Under the pieces are notes generated by a model. That model made no database searches. It saw only the letters and a program-made list of their open reading frames with translations, and had not been told where the DNA came from. The position numbers and the translations under genes were made by a program. Positions 49,342-60,056 of a stretch of DNA of 64,000 nt are shown piece by piece (position 1 is the first letter of the stretch; every line of letters starts with the position of its first letter). The DNA comes from Cyanophyceae cyanobacterium (GTDB taxonomy: Bacteria > Cyanobacteriota > Cyanobacteriia > Cyanobacteriales > JBHJGN01), in the NCBI GenBank assembly GCA_050331735.1, contig JBHJGN010000024.1:1-64000 (forward strand), written 5' to 3'.

Positions 49342-50910
49342 ATGAAGTCTGCTGCTCCTGTCCTCTGGGAATGTTCCGGTGCGCCTCCGCAGTGGAAAGC
49401 CCATTTCCCAATCGTGAACTATAGCGAGACTTGCTATATTTGCGGTTGCCCTAAACCGGAATTGAAGACGCCGCCTCTCCTCGCTCCAACTGCTCTGTTC
49501 TCTAAAAGGACGATAGCCCTGGGAGTTTTGCTGAGCGCTGTTGTTGTCGGTAGCGGAGTGTGGTGGATCAATCAACGAGAAACTCGTCTTCAAACGATTA
49601 ATTTGGTCACGCCGCTGAACAGAGTTTCTCCCAGTCATTCGTCTTCTGTGCCCGCCACAGCTTCTCCCGAACGATTTTCTCAAGGAGAGCGCCGTCTGCT
49701 CCGGAATCAGTCGAACAGTAGTGCCGATCGCGGGACGAATGCTTACGCTCAAGGAGACTACGAAAGAGCCAAAGTATTCTTTGAGCGAGCCGTTGCTGGC
49801 GATCGCCGCAACCCCGAAATCCAGATTTACCTGAACAATGCGCTAGCCCGTCTCTCCAACGAGATTCCGTTGCGGATTGGGGTAGTCGTGCCCGTTGAAT
49901 CGAATCTCTCTTCAGCCGAAGAAATGTTGCGAGGCATTGCTGATGCTCAGACCGAGTTTAATCAGTCTGGAGGAAGCGGCGATCGCCTGCTAGAAATTGT
50001 CATTGCCAACGATGGGAACGATCCTCAGCTCTCTCCAGAAGTAGCCAGAACCTTAGCTGCTGATGCAGATATTCTTGGCGTGATTGGGCATAATTCTAGC
50101 GGTGCGACAGCAGCAGCCATTGAGGAATACGAGCAGGCTAATTTGCCGATCATTTCACCAACAAGTACTAGCTCGTTAATTGATAGTCCCGTTTTTTTTA
50201 GAACAACGGCTGAGTCTAAGGTGTTAGCAGCCGCATTAGCTCAGTACGTCCGCCAAGACTTAGACTTAGAACAAATAGCCATCTTTTATATCCCGACAGA
50301 TCCCAACAGTAAAGGGTGGCAAGAGGCATTTCTGCGTCGCTTTAGAGAGTTAGGAGGGCAAACCGCTCAACTAATCGATATGAGTACTCCTGACTTTCAG
50401 CCGCAACAGATTAAATCTCTGCCCTTTGAAGGGGCGATTTTGCTGCCCAGTACCGACCATCTGACCGTTGCTCTCAGCATTGCTGCCAGTAATCAGGAGT
50501 TGCCGACACAACAGCAGCTCAAACTGTTGGGAAATACGGCGTTATTTACCCCCCGAACCTTAACCTCTGGGGGAAGTGCGGTGGAGAATCTGATTGTTTC
50601 TGTTCCTTGGGTAGCTCAAACTCCCTACGCTCAAAGAGCGGCTCGCCGCTGGGGTGGACAAGTAAACTGGCGAACCGCCATGAGCTACGATGCTCTCCAG
50701 GCGATGGTCGCCGCTTTTGCCAAGGATGCCTCTCGCAGCACTGTTTTAAACAGCCTTAAATCTGTTCGCCTTACTCCTGAGCAAACCTCCGGAAGAGCGC
50801 TAGAGTTTTTACCCTCGGGCGAGCGGGCTAGTCGATCTATTCTAGTCCAGGTTGTGCCGGGAGAAGGAGGTCCACAGAGCTCTAAGCTGACCTTTCGCTC
50901 GCTTGAGTAG
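49342..50910 (+). CDS. Membrane-anchored LivJ-like (type I periplasmic-binding) protein with N-terminal Cys/His motif and TPR-like segment
   Basis: WEC..H..N..CYICG, TM helix, NPEIQIYLNNA, IANDGND, GVIGHNSS, VNWRTAMSYDA. Confidence 0.8.
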   Translation: MKSAAPVLWECSGAPPQWKAHFPIVNYSETCYICGCPKPELKTPPLLAPTALFSKRTIALGVLLSAVVVGSGVWWINQRETRLQTINLVTPLNRVSPSHSSSVPATASPERFSQGERRLLRNQSNSSADRGTNAYAQGDYERAKVFFERAVAGDRRNPEIQIYLNNALARLSNEIPLRIGVVVPVESNLSSAEEMLRGIADAQTEFNQSGGSGDRLLEIVIANDGNDPQLSPEVARTLAADADILGVIGHNSSGATAAAIEEYEQANLPIISPTSTSSLIDSPVFFRTTAESKVLAAALAQYVRQDLDLEQIAIFYIPTDPNSKGWQEAFLRRFRELGGQTAQLIDMSTPDFQPQQIKSLPFEGAILLPSTDHLTVALSIAASNQELPTQQQLKLLGNTALFTPRTLTSGGSAVENLIVSVPWVAQTPYAQRAARRWGGQVNWRTAMSYDALQAMVAAFAKDASRSTVLNSLKSVRLTPEQTSGRALEFLPSGERASRSILVQVVPGEGGPQSSKLTFRSLE

Positions 50911-50967
50911 CGATCGCTAGAGTATTTCATGGGCTGCCCGTCAGCTTTCGGAGAAAACTCTGACTCT

Positions 50968-52794
50968 TTACGGCTGAGTGGGGACGAGCTGAACTTTGAC
51001 TTTAACTCGCTTGTTGGTCCTTGGGAGCTTGACCGTCAATTTTTCCGCATCATAGTGCGTATAGGTTTCTCCGTCGATTTCGCACCGACCAATTTGAATA
51101 CTGCCGGGGGGCAAAATATCGGGAGACACTCTGAGAATCCCGTCAGGAAAACCCTGGGGAAGAGGCTTGAAGTAAAAGTCTAGCGGTTGTTTAGTAATGA
51201 GTAGGTTGGTATAAACCGCCGCTAGGTAACACAGCTCGGTAGAGTGATAGCTACTCATGGAGTGACTGCCTTTGGTGCGTTCGTTGCCGTTTGCTAAGTA
51301 GGGAATTCCGTTCGCCAGCACGTTGAAATACACTCCTCCATCTTCAGTATCTAGAAACCAAGCATTATAGAAAGCGGCGGCTTCGCGAGCTAGCTTGAGG
51401 TAGGCTTGATTTTGCTGACTGCCCGCGAGGATTAGATAAGCTAAGATTGCCTGTTCCTGCTGCCACCAAGCTTTGCGATCGTGCCAAACAAAGCGATGCT
51501 GCTTTTCCCCAGGTTTAAGCAACCGCTCCACTACGTCATACCAGCCACCGCGTCGGCGATCGCAGCCCACAGACGGCAATAGCTCGGCCAGTTGCTGAGC
51601 TAAAGTTAGATACTGCTCTTTGGGTCGGAGATGGTACATTCTCATCAGATTCCAAACAAGCTTCAGATTGTGACCGACGACAGCGCGATTTTGCTGCCAG
51701 CCCCAAGCAAGATCGCTGGACCAATCCTCATTGAATCGTTCCTGAATAAACGGACTCTGCTCTCGGTTAGGAAAATAGGTGCCGAGCAGATCGAAGGTGT
51801 CCTCTAGCATCTCGGCGTATTCAGGGTTGCCAGTCGCTAACCACAGGTTGATCAAATACGCCGGGGCATGGTCACCGATGGAGTTCCAGTTTTTTTTGGC
51901 CCGATTGCACCCCAAAGCCTCGCTGCGGGGATCGAGCGTGACCGGATCGAGGTGAGAAAAATAGCCGCCGGAAGCGCTGCGATCGCGGAAAAACCGATTA
52001 AAGAGTTGCAGGGTCAGTTCGGCATCGTGCAAAATCTGCGGGTCGCCCGTTAGTCTGTAGGTCTGTACTGGTCCCGCCAGGGCATAAATCTGTTCGTAGG
52101 CCGGGATAGCATCGTAGTCATCGCCAAATTCCGAAGTAAAAAACTTGTGCTCTTGCTCTCCTTCAATATCAATTCCGTGATACCAGTAAACAACATTTTC
52201 GTCTAAGTCTAGAAACCGCATGTGGTCTCGCAGATACTCGACCCCTTTCTCGGCAGCGTCTAAAAAGCGTTCCTCTCCGGTCATTAAGTAAGTTGTGGCT
52301 AATCCGTAGACGAGACGAGAAATCGTGCCAGTTTCCTGGCGAAAGTTAACCGACGATTTGGCTCCCAATAAATTGAGAACCGTGCGATAGCTGGAGTAAT
52401 CAATTTCTCGAAGACCCAACTGAGATCTCAGGTAGAAGTTTCCCAGCGAGTGAAGCTGGTCGAGCCACCAGTTGGGAGCTTCAAACCGGTAGTTATCCGC
52501 TTGACGACCAACAAACACAATTTTTTTGACTTCAAACTGGACGCTGTCTGGATAGAAAATGCCGTAGGCAAACAGATAGCGGGGAGCAACCAGCATGGCT
52601 CTTAGAGAAGCTGTCGCATCCGGACAAGCCTCATCAAGATTCTGCAAGAGCTGAGCGGAGGTCATCGGGCTAAGAACGCACTGAAATTTCCGTCCGTCTG
52701 AGGTTTCAAGCCCAAAGATGTCGTTGTCTCCGTCGTAGTGGGTCACGTAACCAGAAACGAGGTCAGAAAAGGCACAATCTATGTTGATTCCCAC
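50968..52794 (-). CDS. AGE family epimerase/isomerase
   Basis: SRLVYG, YEQIYALAG, NWNSIGDHAPAY, GHNLK, WWQQEQ, KGSHSMSSYH. Confidence 0.85.
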   Translation of the reverse strand: MGINIDCAFSDLVSGYVTHYDGDNDIFGLETSDGRKFQCVLSPMTSAQLLQNLDEACPDATASLRAMLVAPRYLFAYGIFYPDSVQFEVKKIVFVGRQADNYRFEAPNWWLDQLHSLGNFYLRSQLGLREIDYSSYRTVLNLLGAKSSVNFRQETGTISRLVYGLATTYLMTGEERFLDAAEKGVEYLRDHMRFLDLDENVVYWYHGIDIEGEQEHKFFTSEFGDDYDAIPAYEQIYALAGPVQTYRLTGDPQILHDAELTLQLFNRFFRDRSASGGYFSHLDPVTLDPRSEALGCNRAKKNWNSIGDHAPAYLINLWLATGNPEYAEMLEDTFDLLGTYFPNREQSPFIQERFNEDWSSDLAWGWQQNRAVVGHNLKLVWNLMRMYHLRPKEQYLTLAQQLAELLPSVGCDRRRGGWYDVVERLLKPGEKQHRFVWHDRKAWWQQEQAILAYLILAGSQQNQAYLKLAREAAAFYNAWFLDTEDGGVYFNVLANGIPYLANGNERTKGSHSMSSYHSTELCYLAAVYTNLLITKQPLDFYFKPLPQGFPDGILRVSPDILPPGSIQIGRCEIDGETYTHYDAEKLTVKLPRTNKRVKVKVQLVPTQP

Positions 52795-52948
52795 TTATTA
52801 GTAACTCCAGCTAGGTAGAACAAATTACGCAGGAAAAGCCGAGCGATGATGGTCCATGATGATGGGGACATAGAACCAACTCAAAGGAGCAAATAGCGGC
52901 ATAGTGTTTAGATAAGACGGATGACGCTTTTAGGGAGGCAGCATCGGT

Positions 52949-53572
52949 TTAAAGTGCAGAAGCAGCCAGTTGATTGGGTTTTTCTAGCTGCTTCAAAAAA
53001 ACCTGCATAAATTCTTCGACAACGCCGGGATGCCTTCCTGAGATTAAATTGCCGTCAATATGAGTAGCTACTGTTTCGCCCTCTCGGTAAACGACAATTC
53101 CGCCAGCATTTTCTACATCACAGATAATGTTATGAGCACAGGTTACGCAACGTCCCCGGAGCAGAACTGGATCGGCGCAAAATAACCACAGGCTATGGCA
53201 AATAGTTCCAATTTTAAGACCGCCTGCGTCCATCAGCTTGACGGCTTGGCGAAGAAATTCTACTGCTGGAGAATCATTAGGCTGACGAGGACGCGGACTA
53301 ACCTGATAGCGGAGGCGATCCATAGCATAGCCACCGATTAAAATCAACCCCTGATAGGCCGCTGGAGTAACGCTCTTGAAATCAACGGTGACGGTGACTT
53401 GTTCTTTCCGCTCGTTGCCCTCAAAGATCAGTTGTCTCTGACCCCAAAGATGCGAGAGATATTCTACTTGGTAGCCATTTTGGGGGAAGAACTGATTAAA
53501 TCTCTGATATTCAGCGTCATCAAAATGAGCTTCAATCAGTACTCCAATCTTGCCCTTTTTGAGATGAGTCAT
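52949..53572 (-). CDS. DJ-1/PfpI family protein
   Basis: IGVLIE, LIGGYAMDRLR, TICHSLW (catalytic Cys), DGNLISGR. Confidence 0.88.
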   Translation of the reverse strand: MTHLKKGKIGVLIEAHFDDAEYQRFNQFFPQNGYQVEYLSHLWGQRQLIFEGNERKEQVTVTVDFKSVTPAAYQGLILIGGYAMDRLRYQVSPRPRQPNDSPAVEFLRQAVKLMDAGGLKIGTICHSLWLFCADPVLLRGRCVTCAHNIICDVENAGGIVVYREGETVATHIDGNLISGRHPGVVEEFMQVFLKQLEKPNQLAASAL

Positions 53573-54163
53573 TCTTGTTCAGCTCCTGCATCTACGGCTT
53601 TTTCTGGTCAAAGGTTAATCGGCATCAAAAAAATCTGACGCTTATTTAGACAATAAAGAAAGTTAGCGTTTTTTAAGCAGTTTTTTAACCGATGCTGGTT
53701 AGTGTTTAGCCATGAATATCAGCAGACCAGAAAAGTCCTCTTCTTAGAGATTAAATTCCTTAAGGCTGAGTTTTTCCTGAGAGTGTCTCATCAATTTAAA
53801 TTGTTTCCTCTAGCGACCCTAGAGTAGAGATGAACAGTAGCCATACATAGAAGTCTTGGCCAAAGTCAAGGTTTGAAGATGGCTAACTAACTCGAACAGC
53901 ACAGACGCTCACGGTGGTACATCGAATTGGCCACTTCTGTTCTCAATAGCAAGCAAACTTGCGCACACATTGCTTAGCTTGCAACCAAACAGCTTCTATA
54001 GAGGCAACGCGCCATTGACGAAGTCAACGCAAGCGAGAAACTTTTGCACCAGCATCGCCAGATGAGCAAAATACTGAAAAGCACTATTTAGTAAAAATAG
54101 AAACAATATTCTTCCTTCTCCCCCTGTACTCTCATCTTCATTAGTAAGAGAGGAGGCAGAGTA

Positions 54164-54328
54164 TTGTTAGGCCAACCGAAGAAGACAGCGATAACAATCA
54201 CTATTCCAGCAGCATTTCTTGACTTTTCCTCTAAACCAGCTAGCGCGACTGTGTTTCAGCTAGAAGAGGCAATGATCGCAGAAATTGACCAGGCGTTCAA
54301 CGCTGGGGCGTTGTCTTCCGAAGAGTGA
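54164..54328 (+). pseudogene. Truncated 5' copy of a PEP-CTERM amidase gene (54 codons)
   Basis: MLGQPKKTAITITIPAAFLDFSSKPASATVFQLEEAMIAEIDQAFNAGALSSEE* aligns with the N-terminus of the 56274 gene; upstream DNA is also similar. Confidence 0.8.
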
Positions 54329-54393
54329 GTGCAGCCCTACCTCGCAAAAAGATGAGCCAAACAACTGCCCTACAATTTTTGAGAAGAAACTCA

Positions 54394-56028
54394 ATGAAAC
54401 TCCTGCCTACAACAACGCTGATTGCCACTCAAGCTGCTGTTTTTGGCATTGCAGCGACAGCGCAAGCTGTGACGTTTAATTTAGTTGAAGCGACAATTCC
54501 AGAAATTCAAGAGGCCTTTGAATCTGACTTACTCACCTCAGAGGAATTAGTGCAGCTCTATTTAGACCGTATTGAAGCTTACGATAACCAAGGTCCGACC
54601 ATCAATTCGTTCATCGAGCTTAATCCCGATGCCCTAGAGCAAGCTAGAGAATTAGACCGCGAACGAGACCGCACGGAAGCGAGAGGACCGCTATTTGGCC
54701 TTCCTGTCATGCTCAAAGACAACATCGATACCTTCGATTTGCCAACCACTGCCGGAGCAATTCTTCTCGAAGATTCAGTACCGCCGGACGATGCATTTAT
54801 TACGCAACAACTGCGCGAAGAAGGAGCCATTGTTTTGGGAAAGGGCAATCTGACAGAATGGGCTAATTTTATTGCCTTCGATATGCCTAATGGCTTTAGT
54901 GCTCTCGGCGGCCAAACGTTAAATCCTTACGGTCCCGGTACTTTTGATGTTGGCGGATCTAGTTCTGGACCGGGTGCGGCAGTGGCCGCTAATCTGGTGA
55001 CGGTGGCGGTAGGCACTGAAACCTCTGGTTCAATTCTGAGCCCTTCGAGCCGAAACTCGATAGTCGGCATTAAGCCAACCGTTGGATTGGTCAGTCGTGA
55101 CGGAGTTATCCCCATTGCGGCTAGTCAAGATACCGCAGGTCCAATGGCTCGTACCGTTACCGATGCTGCTATCTTGCTTGGCGCTCTAACCGGAGTCGAT
55201 TCCAGCGATCCGGCAACCGCCGCGAGCGCAGGGCAATTCCTGACAGACTACACACCATTTCTAGACCCGGAAGGTCTTGAAGGAGCGCGAATTGGAGTGT
55301 TTCGCAATATTTTTACTTCTCGCCTGTCTCCGGACGAACTAATCTTAGCCGAGACAGCCTTTGCAGAGCTAGAACGTTTAGGCGCAACAGTCATCGATCC
55401 CGTTACAATTGAATCGGCAAGCGAGATTTCTGGGTTTGATGTTCTTCTTTACGAGTTCAACGACGGAGTTGAAAACTACCTAGAAAGTTTAGGACCAGAC
55501 GCGCCCGCTGATTCTTTAGAAGACATCATTGCATTTAACCGAGAAAATCCAGATGAGAGAATTCCTTTTGGTCAAGGAATATTCCTACTATCAGAGGAAA
55601 CGGGCGGAGACCTAAGCGATCCAGAATACCTTGAAGCTAGGGCAACAGATATTCGCTTAGCAAGAACAGAAGGCATTGATGCCTTGCTAGAGGAACTCGA
55701 GCTAGATGCCATCTTGCTTCCCAACAATAGCGAAGCAGGCATTGGTGCGCGGGCTGGATATCCGAGCATTACCGTTCCGGCTGGCTATGGAGAAACGGGA
55801 GAGCCGTTTGGGTTGACCTTCCTTGGCGATGCTTTTAGCGAACCTGAATTAATTCAGTATGCCTACGCTTACGAACAGGGAACTTTGCTTCGCACTCCTC
55901 CAGAAAGCACCCCTCCACTGTCAGGAGATACGATAACGGTTCCAGAGGCTGATACCGCTACTCCTCTGCCAATCCTTGCTCTAATCGGCATCGGCTATCG
56001 TTTTCTTCGACGGGGAGCGAGTATTTAG
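54394..56028 (+). CDS. Secreted amidase-signature enzyme with a PEP-CTERM-like tail
   Basis: LKDNIDT, GGSSSG, GTETSGSI; tail VPEAD, TM, RR. Confidence 0.9.
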   Translation: MKLLPTTTLIATQAAVFGIAATAQAVTFNLVEATIPEIQEAFESDLLTSEELVQLYLDRIEAYDNQGPTINSFIELNPDALEQARELDRERDRTEARGPLFGLPVMLKDNIDTFDLPTTAGAILLEDSVPPDDAFITQQLREEGAIVLGKGNLTEWANFIAFDMPNGFSALGGQTLNPYGPGTFDVGGSSSGPGAAVAANLVTVAVGTETSGSILSPSSRNSIVGIKPTVGLVSRDGVIPIAASQDTAGPMARTVTDAAILLGALTGVDSSDPATAASAGQFLTDYTPFLDPEGLEGARIGVFRNIFTSRLSPDELILAETAFAELERLGATVIDPVTIESASEISGFDVLLYEFNDGVENYLESLGPDAPADSLEDIIAFNRENPDERIPFGQGIFLLSEETGGDLSDPEYLEARATDIRLARTEGIDALLEELELDAILLPNNSEAGIGARAGYPSITVPAGYGETGEPFGLTFLGDAFSEPELIQYAYAYEQGTLLRTPPESTPPLSGDTITVPEADTATPLPILALIGIGYRFLRRGASI

Positions 56029-56273
56029 GCTCTTCAAAAGAACGAAATCTCAGCCTAAACCCTTAGCTTTTGCCTTAAAACTAATTTAAGTCAAGACAAC
56101 TCTTACTACCAAGGTCTAGGCACAAAATTGGCATTTTGCCAAACCTAGGAATTTCTCAGCATGAAAGATTCGAGTTCCCAAACCGATTAAAGATGAGATT
56201 GTTTAGTAACAAGCAAAACAGTCTTCCTTCTTCCCCTTTACTGTTGTCGCCATTAAGTTGAGGAGTCAGAGCA

Positions 56274-57980
56274 GTGTTGAGCTACCCACAAAAAACAGCA
56301 ATAACGATCGCAATTCCGGCAGCAATTTTTGCCTATTCTTCTCAACCAACGACCGCGGCTGTATTTCGGCTAGAAGAGGCGACCGTTGCTGAGATTAATG
56401 AAGCTTTCGATGCCGAAGCGCTGACCTCCGAGCAGTTAATCCAGCTTTATCTCAATCGAATAGAAGCTTACGACGAACAGGGTCCGAGTCTTAACTCCAT
56501 TATTACGATTAATCCAAATGCTCTCGAACGGGCAGCCGCCCTAGACAGAGAACGTCAAACCACTGGTCGGCGCAGTCCTCTCCACGGGATTCCGGTAATT
56601 CTTAAAGACAACTACGATACCTTCGATTTGCCAACCACAGCCGGATCGGCGGTACTGGAAGACTCGATTCCTCCCGACGATGCTTTTATTGTTGAACAAT
56701 TTCGGGAGGCGGGAGCTATCATCTTCGCCAAAGCAAATATGAGCGAGTTTGCCTCCCAGGTTCCCGGAGGTTCACTGATCGGACTGACTCGTAACCCCTA
56801 CCAGCTAGACCGCAGCCCGTCTGGTTCCAGCGGCGGAAGTGCCGCGGCGATCGCCGCGAACTTTGGCGTGATTGGGACAGGAAGCGATACGGGAGGGTCG
56901 ATTCGCGGTCCCGCTGCTGCTAACGGTCTTGTCGGAATCAAGCCGACCTTGGGGCTAACGAGTCGAGACGGCATTATTCCCTTGGCTCTCTCGTTTGATG
57001 TTGGCGGTCCTTTTGCTCGCACCGTTGAAGATGCGGCGATCGCCCTAAGCGTTATAGCCGGAGTCGATCCGGCTGACCCCGCTACTTTAGATAGCGCCGG
57101 GAGAATCCCCGCCGACTACACCGAGTTCCTCGATCTAGAAGCCCTCGAAGGAGCGCGGATTGGAGTTGCTCGCGATTTTTTTGGTCGCAACCCAGAAGTA
57201 GATCAACTGATCAACGAGGCCATTGCCGAAATGGAGGCGGAGGGGGCCACCATCGTTGATTCGCTATTTTTTCCAGAAGAGGTCATTGAGTCGAAAGATT
57301 CTATCTACACCCGCATTCGCTGGCCGGAGTTTAAGGCACAGATTCCCGATTATCTAGCCACCCTAGAACCTCAGTATCCAGATAATCTGGCAGAAATTAT
57401 TGAAGTCGCTGAAACAATTGACTTTTTCGAGACCTATCCCGACCGCCTAGAGTTGTTCAGACAAGAGCAGGCGAGCGTTCCCTTAACTGACCCCGACTAC
57501 CTGGATGCCCTGACTAATGGACGAGCGTTAGTTCGCAATGCAACGGTAGATCTCTTTGCCAGTAATGAACTCGATGCTCTAATTTATCCAACTTCTGCCT
57601 GTCCGCCTGGTCCTCTCCCAAATTTGGAAGAGCCGGACTATGTGTGCGAACCGGGGCCGTTTGCCTCAAACATCGCTAATATTACGGGCTTTCCAGATAT
57701 TCAGGTTCCGGCGGGCTTGACCTCAGAAGGTCTGCCAGTCACCGTCTCCTTTTTAGGAGAAGCCTATAGCGAACCTGAACTACTAGGATTCGCCTACGAC
57801 TACGAGCAAGAAACTCAGCTTCGCCGTCCGCCAGCGACGACTCCTTCCTTACCGGGGGAAGTGATCGAATACGAAGTTGAAACCGTCCCCGAACCTAGCT
57901 CGATTCTCGGTTTACTCGCTTTCGGTCTCAGTTCATTCGGAATGGGGTTTGCTAAACGGTGGAAAGACTCAGGACAGTAA
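56274..57980 (+). CDS. Secreted amidase-signature enzyme with PEP-CTERM tail
   Basis: LKDNYDT, SGSSGG, GSDTGGSIR; VPEPSSILGLL...KRWK. Confidence 0.92.
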   Translation: MLSYPQKTAITIAIPAAIFAYSSQPTTAAVFRLEEATVAEINEAFDAEALTSEQLIQLYLNRIEAYDEQGPSLNSIITINPNALERAAALDRERQTTGRRSPLHGIPVILKDNYDTFDLPTTAGSAVLEDSIPPDDAFIVEQFREAGAIIFAKANMSEFASQVPGGSLIGLTRNPYQLDRSPSGSSGGSAAAIAANFGVIGTGSDTGGSIRGPAAANGLVGIKPTLGLTSRDGIIPLALSFDVGGPFARTVEDAAIALSVIAGVDPADPATLDSAGRIPADYTEFLDLEALEGARIGVARDFFGRNPEVDQLINEAIAEMEAEGATIVDSLFFPEEVIESKDSIYTRIRWPEFKAQIPDYLATLEPQYPDNLAEIIEVAETIDFFETYPDRLELFRQEQASVPLTDPDYLDALTNGRALVRNATVDLFASNELDALIYPTSACPPGPLPNLEEPDYVCEPGPFASNIANITGFPDIQVPAGLTSEGLPVTVSFLGEAYSEPELLGFAYDYEQETQLRRPPATTPSLPGEVIEYEVETVPEPSSILGLLAFGLSSFGMGFAKRWKDSGQ

Positions 57981-58095
57981 ACGAAAACGATTGCCGCTAC
58001 GGTGGAATGCTAGCGCTAGCCAGCAATTTAATTTCTCGTGAAATATTTAACCAACTACAGATGAAGACCGATCCTATTGTGCTGAGGAGCTAGTT

Positions 58096-59796
58096 ATGTT
58101 GAAACTGCAACCATCGACACCATTCATTTTCGGAATGACTACCCTGCTAGCCTGTACTGCCTCACCGACGACGGCAGCTACTTTTGAATTAGAAGAAGCG
58201 ACGGTGGCTGATGTTAACCGTGCTTTTGAGGCCGGAGCGCTCACCTCCGAGCAACTGGTTCAGCTTTACATTAACCGCATCCAAACCTACGACAAAACCG
58301 GGGAGCAGCCGCTGAACTCGATTATTGAAATTAATCCTGACGCAGTGGCAGCAGCCCGCGCCCTCGACCAGGAACGCCAGCAATCAGGACCGAGAGGCCC
58401 ACTCCACGGCATGCCAGTGATTGTTAAAGACAACTACGATACTTTCAACCAGCCGACCACGGCGGGTTCTCTCTCTTTAGCTGGCTCCATCCCGCCCAAT
58501 GATTCCTATCAGGTGCGCCAGCTTCGGGAAGCCGGAGCGATTGTTTTGGCTAAGTCCAACATGGCAGAATTTGCCTGGAGTCCCAACGTAACCGAGAGTT
58601 CCATTCTCGGCACCACTCGCAATCCTTACAACCTAGACCGGGTTCCGGCAGGCTCTAGTGGCGGGACTGCCGCAGCGGTAGCCGCTAACTTCGGCACCCT
58701 CGGCTTGGGAACCGATACCGGAAATTCGATTCGCGGTCCTTCTTCTCATACTGCCCTCGTCGGATTGAGATCGACCATTGGGCTAACGAGTCGGGATGGC
58801 ATTGTGCCGCTCTTTCTCAACCGGGACATTGGCGGACCAATGGTAAAGTCCGTCGAAGATGCAGCACTAGTTCTTAATGCCATAGCCGGATACGATCCTG
58901 CCGATCCGGTGACGGCAGCCGTCCAGGGCGTAGACTTGCCAGATTACACTACTTTTCTCGATGAAAGCGGTCTTCTAGATGCTCGGCTGGGAGTCGTGCA
59001 GCAGTTGTTTAGAACCGATACCGCCGATGCCGAAGTAGTGGCGCTGATGGAGCAGGCAATTTCGGAACTGACGAGTCAAGGAGCGATCGTCGAACCCGTA
59101 ACGATTCCAAACCTAGACAGTTTAGTAGGGCGAGTGTGGAGCGGAGCCAACACCTTTGCCTTCGACATTAATAATTACTTGGAGAGTCTCGGACCTGATG
59201 CTCCGGTTCAGTCTCTCGAGGAGATTATCGCGTCCGGGCAATACGCTGACTACATCGAGTCAAGAATGCTGAATGCTGCCGCGATTGGAGACGTACCTCC
59301 GGAGAGCCGAGAAGACTTTTTAGCAAGTGAAGCAGCCCGAGAAGAAATGCGGCAGGTGGTGCTATCGATTATGGATGCTGGCGAGTATGATGCCCTAATT
59401 TATCCCACCTGGAGCAATCCGCCGCGTCTGATTGGAGACCTAGACAGCCCGACTGGAAATAACAGTTTCCAGCTTTCTCCGCCAACGGGATTTCCAGCCA
59501 TTACCGTGCCGATGGGCTATACGGTCAACGATACTCTTCCAGCAGGTCTTCAGCTCCTCGGACGACCTTTCGACGAGTCGACGTTGCTGGAGCTGGCTTA
59601 TGATTACGAGCAAGAGACACAGTCCCGTCGCCCTCCGGCACTTTTCCCACCTTTACCGGGGGAGGTGATTGAATACGAATCTGTTCCCGAACCCAGCACT
59701 CTTCCCGCTCTGAGTGTTCTAGCTTTAGGTGCCATTTTTGTTAAGCGAGGTCAGCGACATTCTCAGCAAGCTGTTGAACCCTTTATCAAAGAATGA
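58096..59796 (+). CDS. Secreted amidase-signature enzyme with PEP-CTERM tail
   Basis: [32 protein letters not shown]...KRGQR. Confidence 0.92.
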   Translation: MLKLQPSTPFIFGMTTLLACTASPTTAATFELEEATVADVNRAFEAGALTSEQLVQLYINRIQTYDKTGEQPLNSIIEINPDAVAAARALDQERQQSGPRGPLHGMPVIVKDNYDTFNQPTTAGSLSLAGSIPPNDSYQVRQLREAGAIVLAKSNMAEFAWSPNVTESSILGTTRNPYNLDRVPAGSSGGTAAAVAANFGTLGLGTDTGNSIRGPSSHTALVGLRSTIGLTSRDGIVPLFLNRDIGGPMVKSVEDAALVLNAIAGYDPADPVTAAVQGVDLPDYTTFLDESGLLDARLGVVQQLFRTDTADAEVVALMEQAISELTSQGAIVEPVTIPNLDSLVGRVWSGANTFAFDINNYLESLGPDAPVQSLEEIIASGQYADYIESRMLNAAAIGDVPPESREDFLASEAAREEMRQVVLSIMDAGEYDALIYPTWSNPPRLIGDLDSPTGNNSFQLSPPTGFPAITVPMGYTVNDTLPAGLQLLGRPFDESTLLELAYDYEQETQSRRPPALFPPLPGEVIEYESVPEPSTLPALSVLALGAIFVKRGQRHSQQAVEPFIKE

Positions 59797-59848
59797 ATTC
59801 AGCTTTCAGCGTATGAGAGCAATAGTTGACAATTGTTGTTACATCCGT

Positions 59849-59953
59849 GGTTTTGAGGTGATGCACGAGCGCAATGCCCACAACTTCCCCTTAGACTTAG
59901 CTAGTGCTGAGGCCTAGACAGTCGCTCTGACGGCTCCGGCTATCAACGGCTAA
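59849..59953 (+). pseudogene. psbA: Isolated 3' fragment of psbA (photosystem II D1) with an internal stop
   Basis: Translates [33 protein letters not shown], the D1 C-terminus with its cleavable extension. Confidence 0.93.
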
Positions 59954-59980
59954 TTCTTAGCTAGCTTTTTCTCTCACTTG

Positions 59981-60009
59981 GCTCTCCCTTTACCGGGAGG
60001 GCTTTTTTT
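59981..60009 (+). terminator. Intrinsic terminator after the psbA fragment
   Basis: GCTCTCCC-tttacc-GGGAGGGC followed by TTTTTTT. Confidence 0.85.
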
Positions 60010-60056
60010 GTGCTTGATTAAACATCTACATAGTTTATTGACTGAGGCAAGTATTA

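Noticed and set aside
53830..54092. Possible decayed gene between pfpI and the amidases
   Set aside because: Multiple stops and no recognisable family.
59826..59855. TTGACA as a sigma70 promoter for the psbA fragment
   Set aside because: No -10 element at 16-18 bp spacing.
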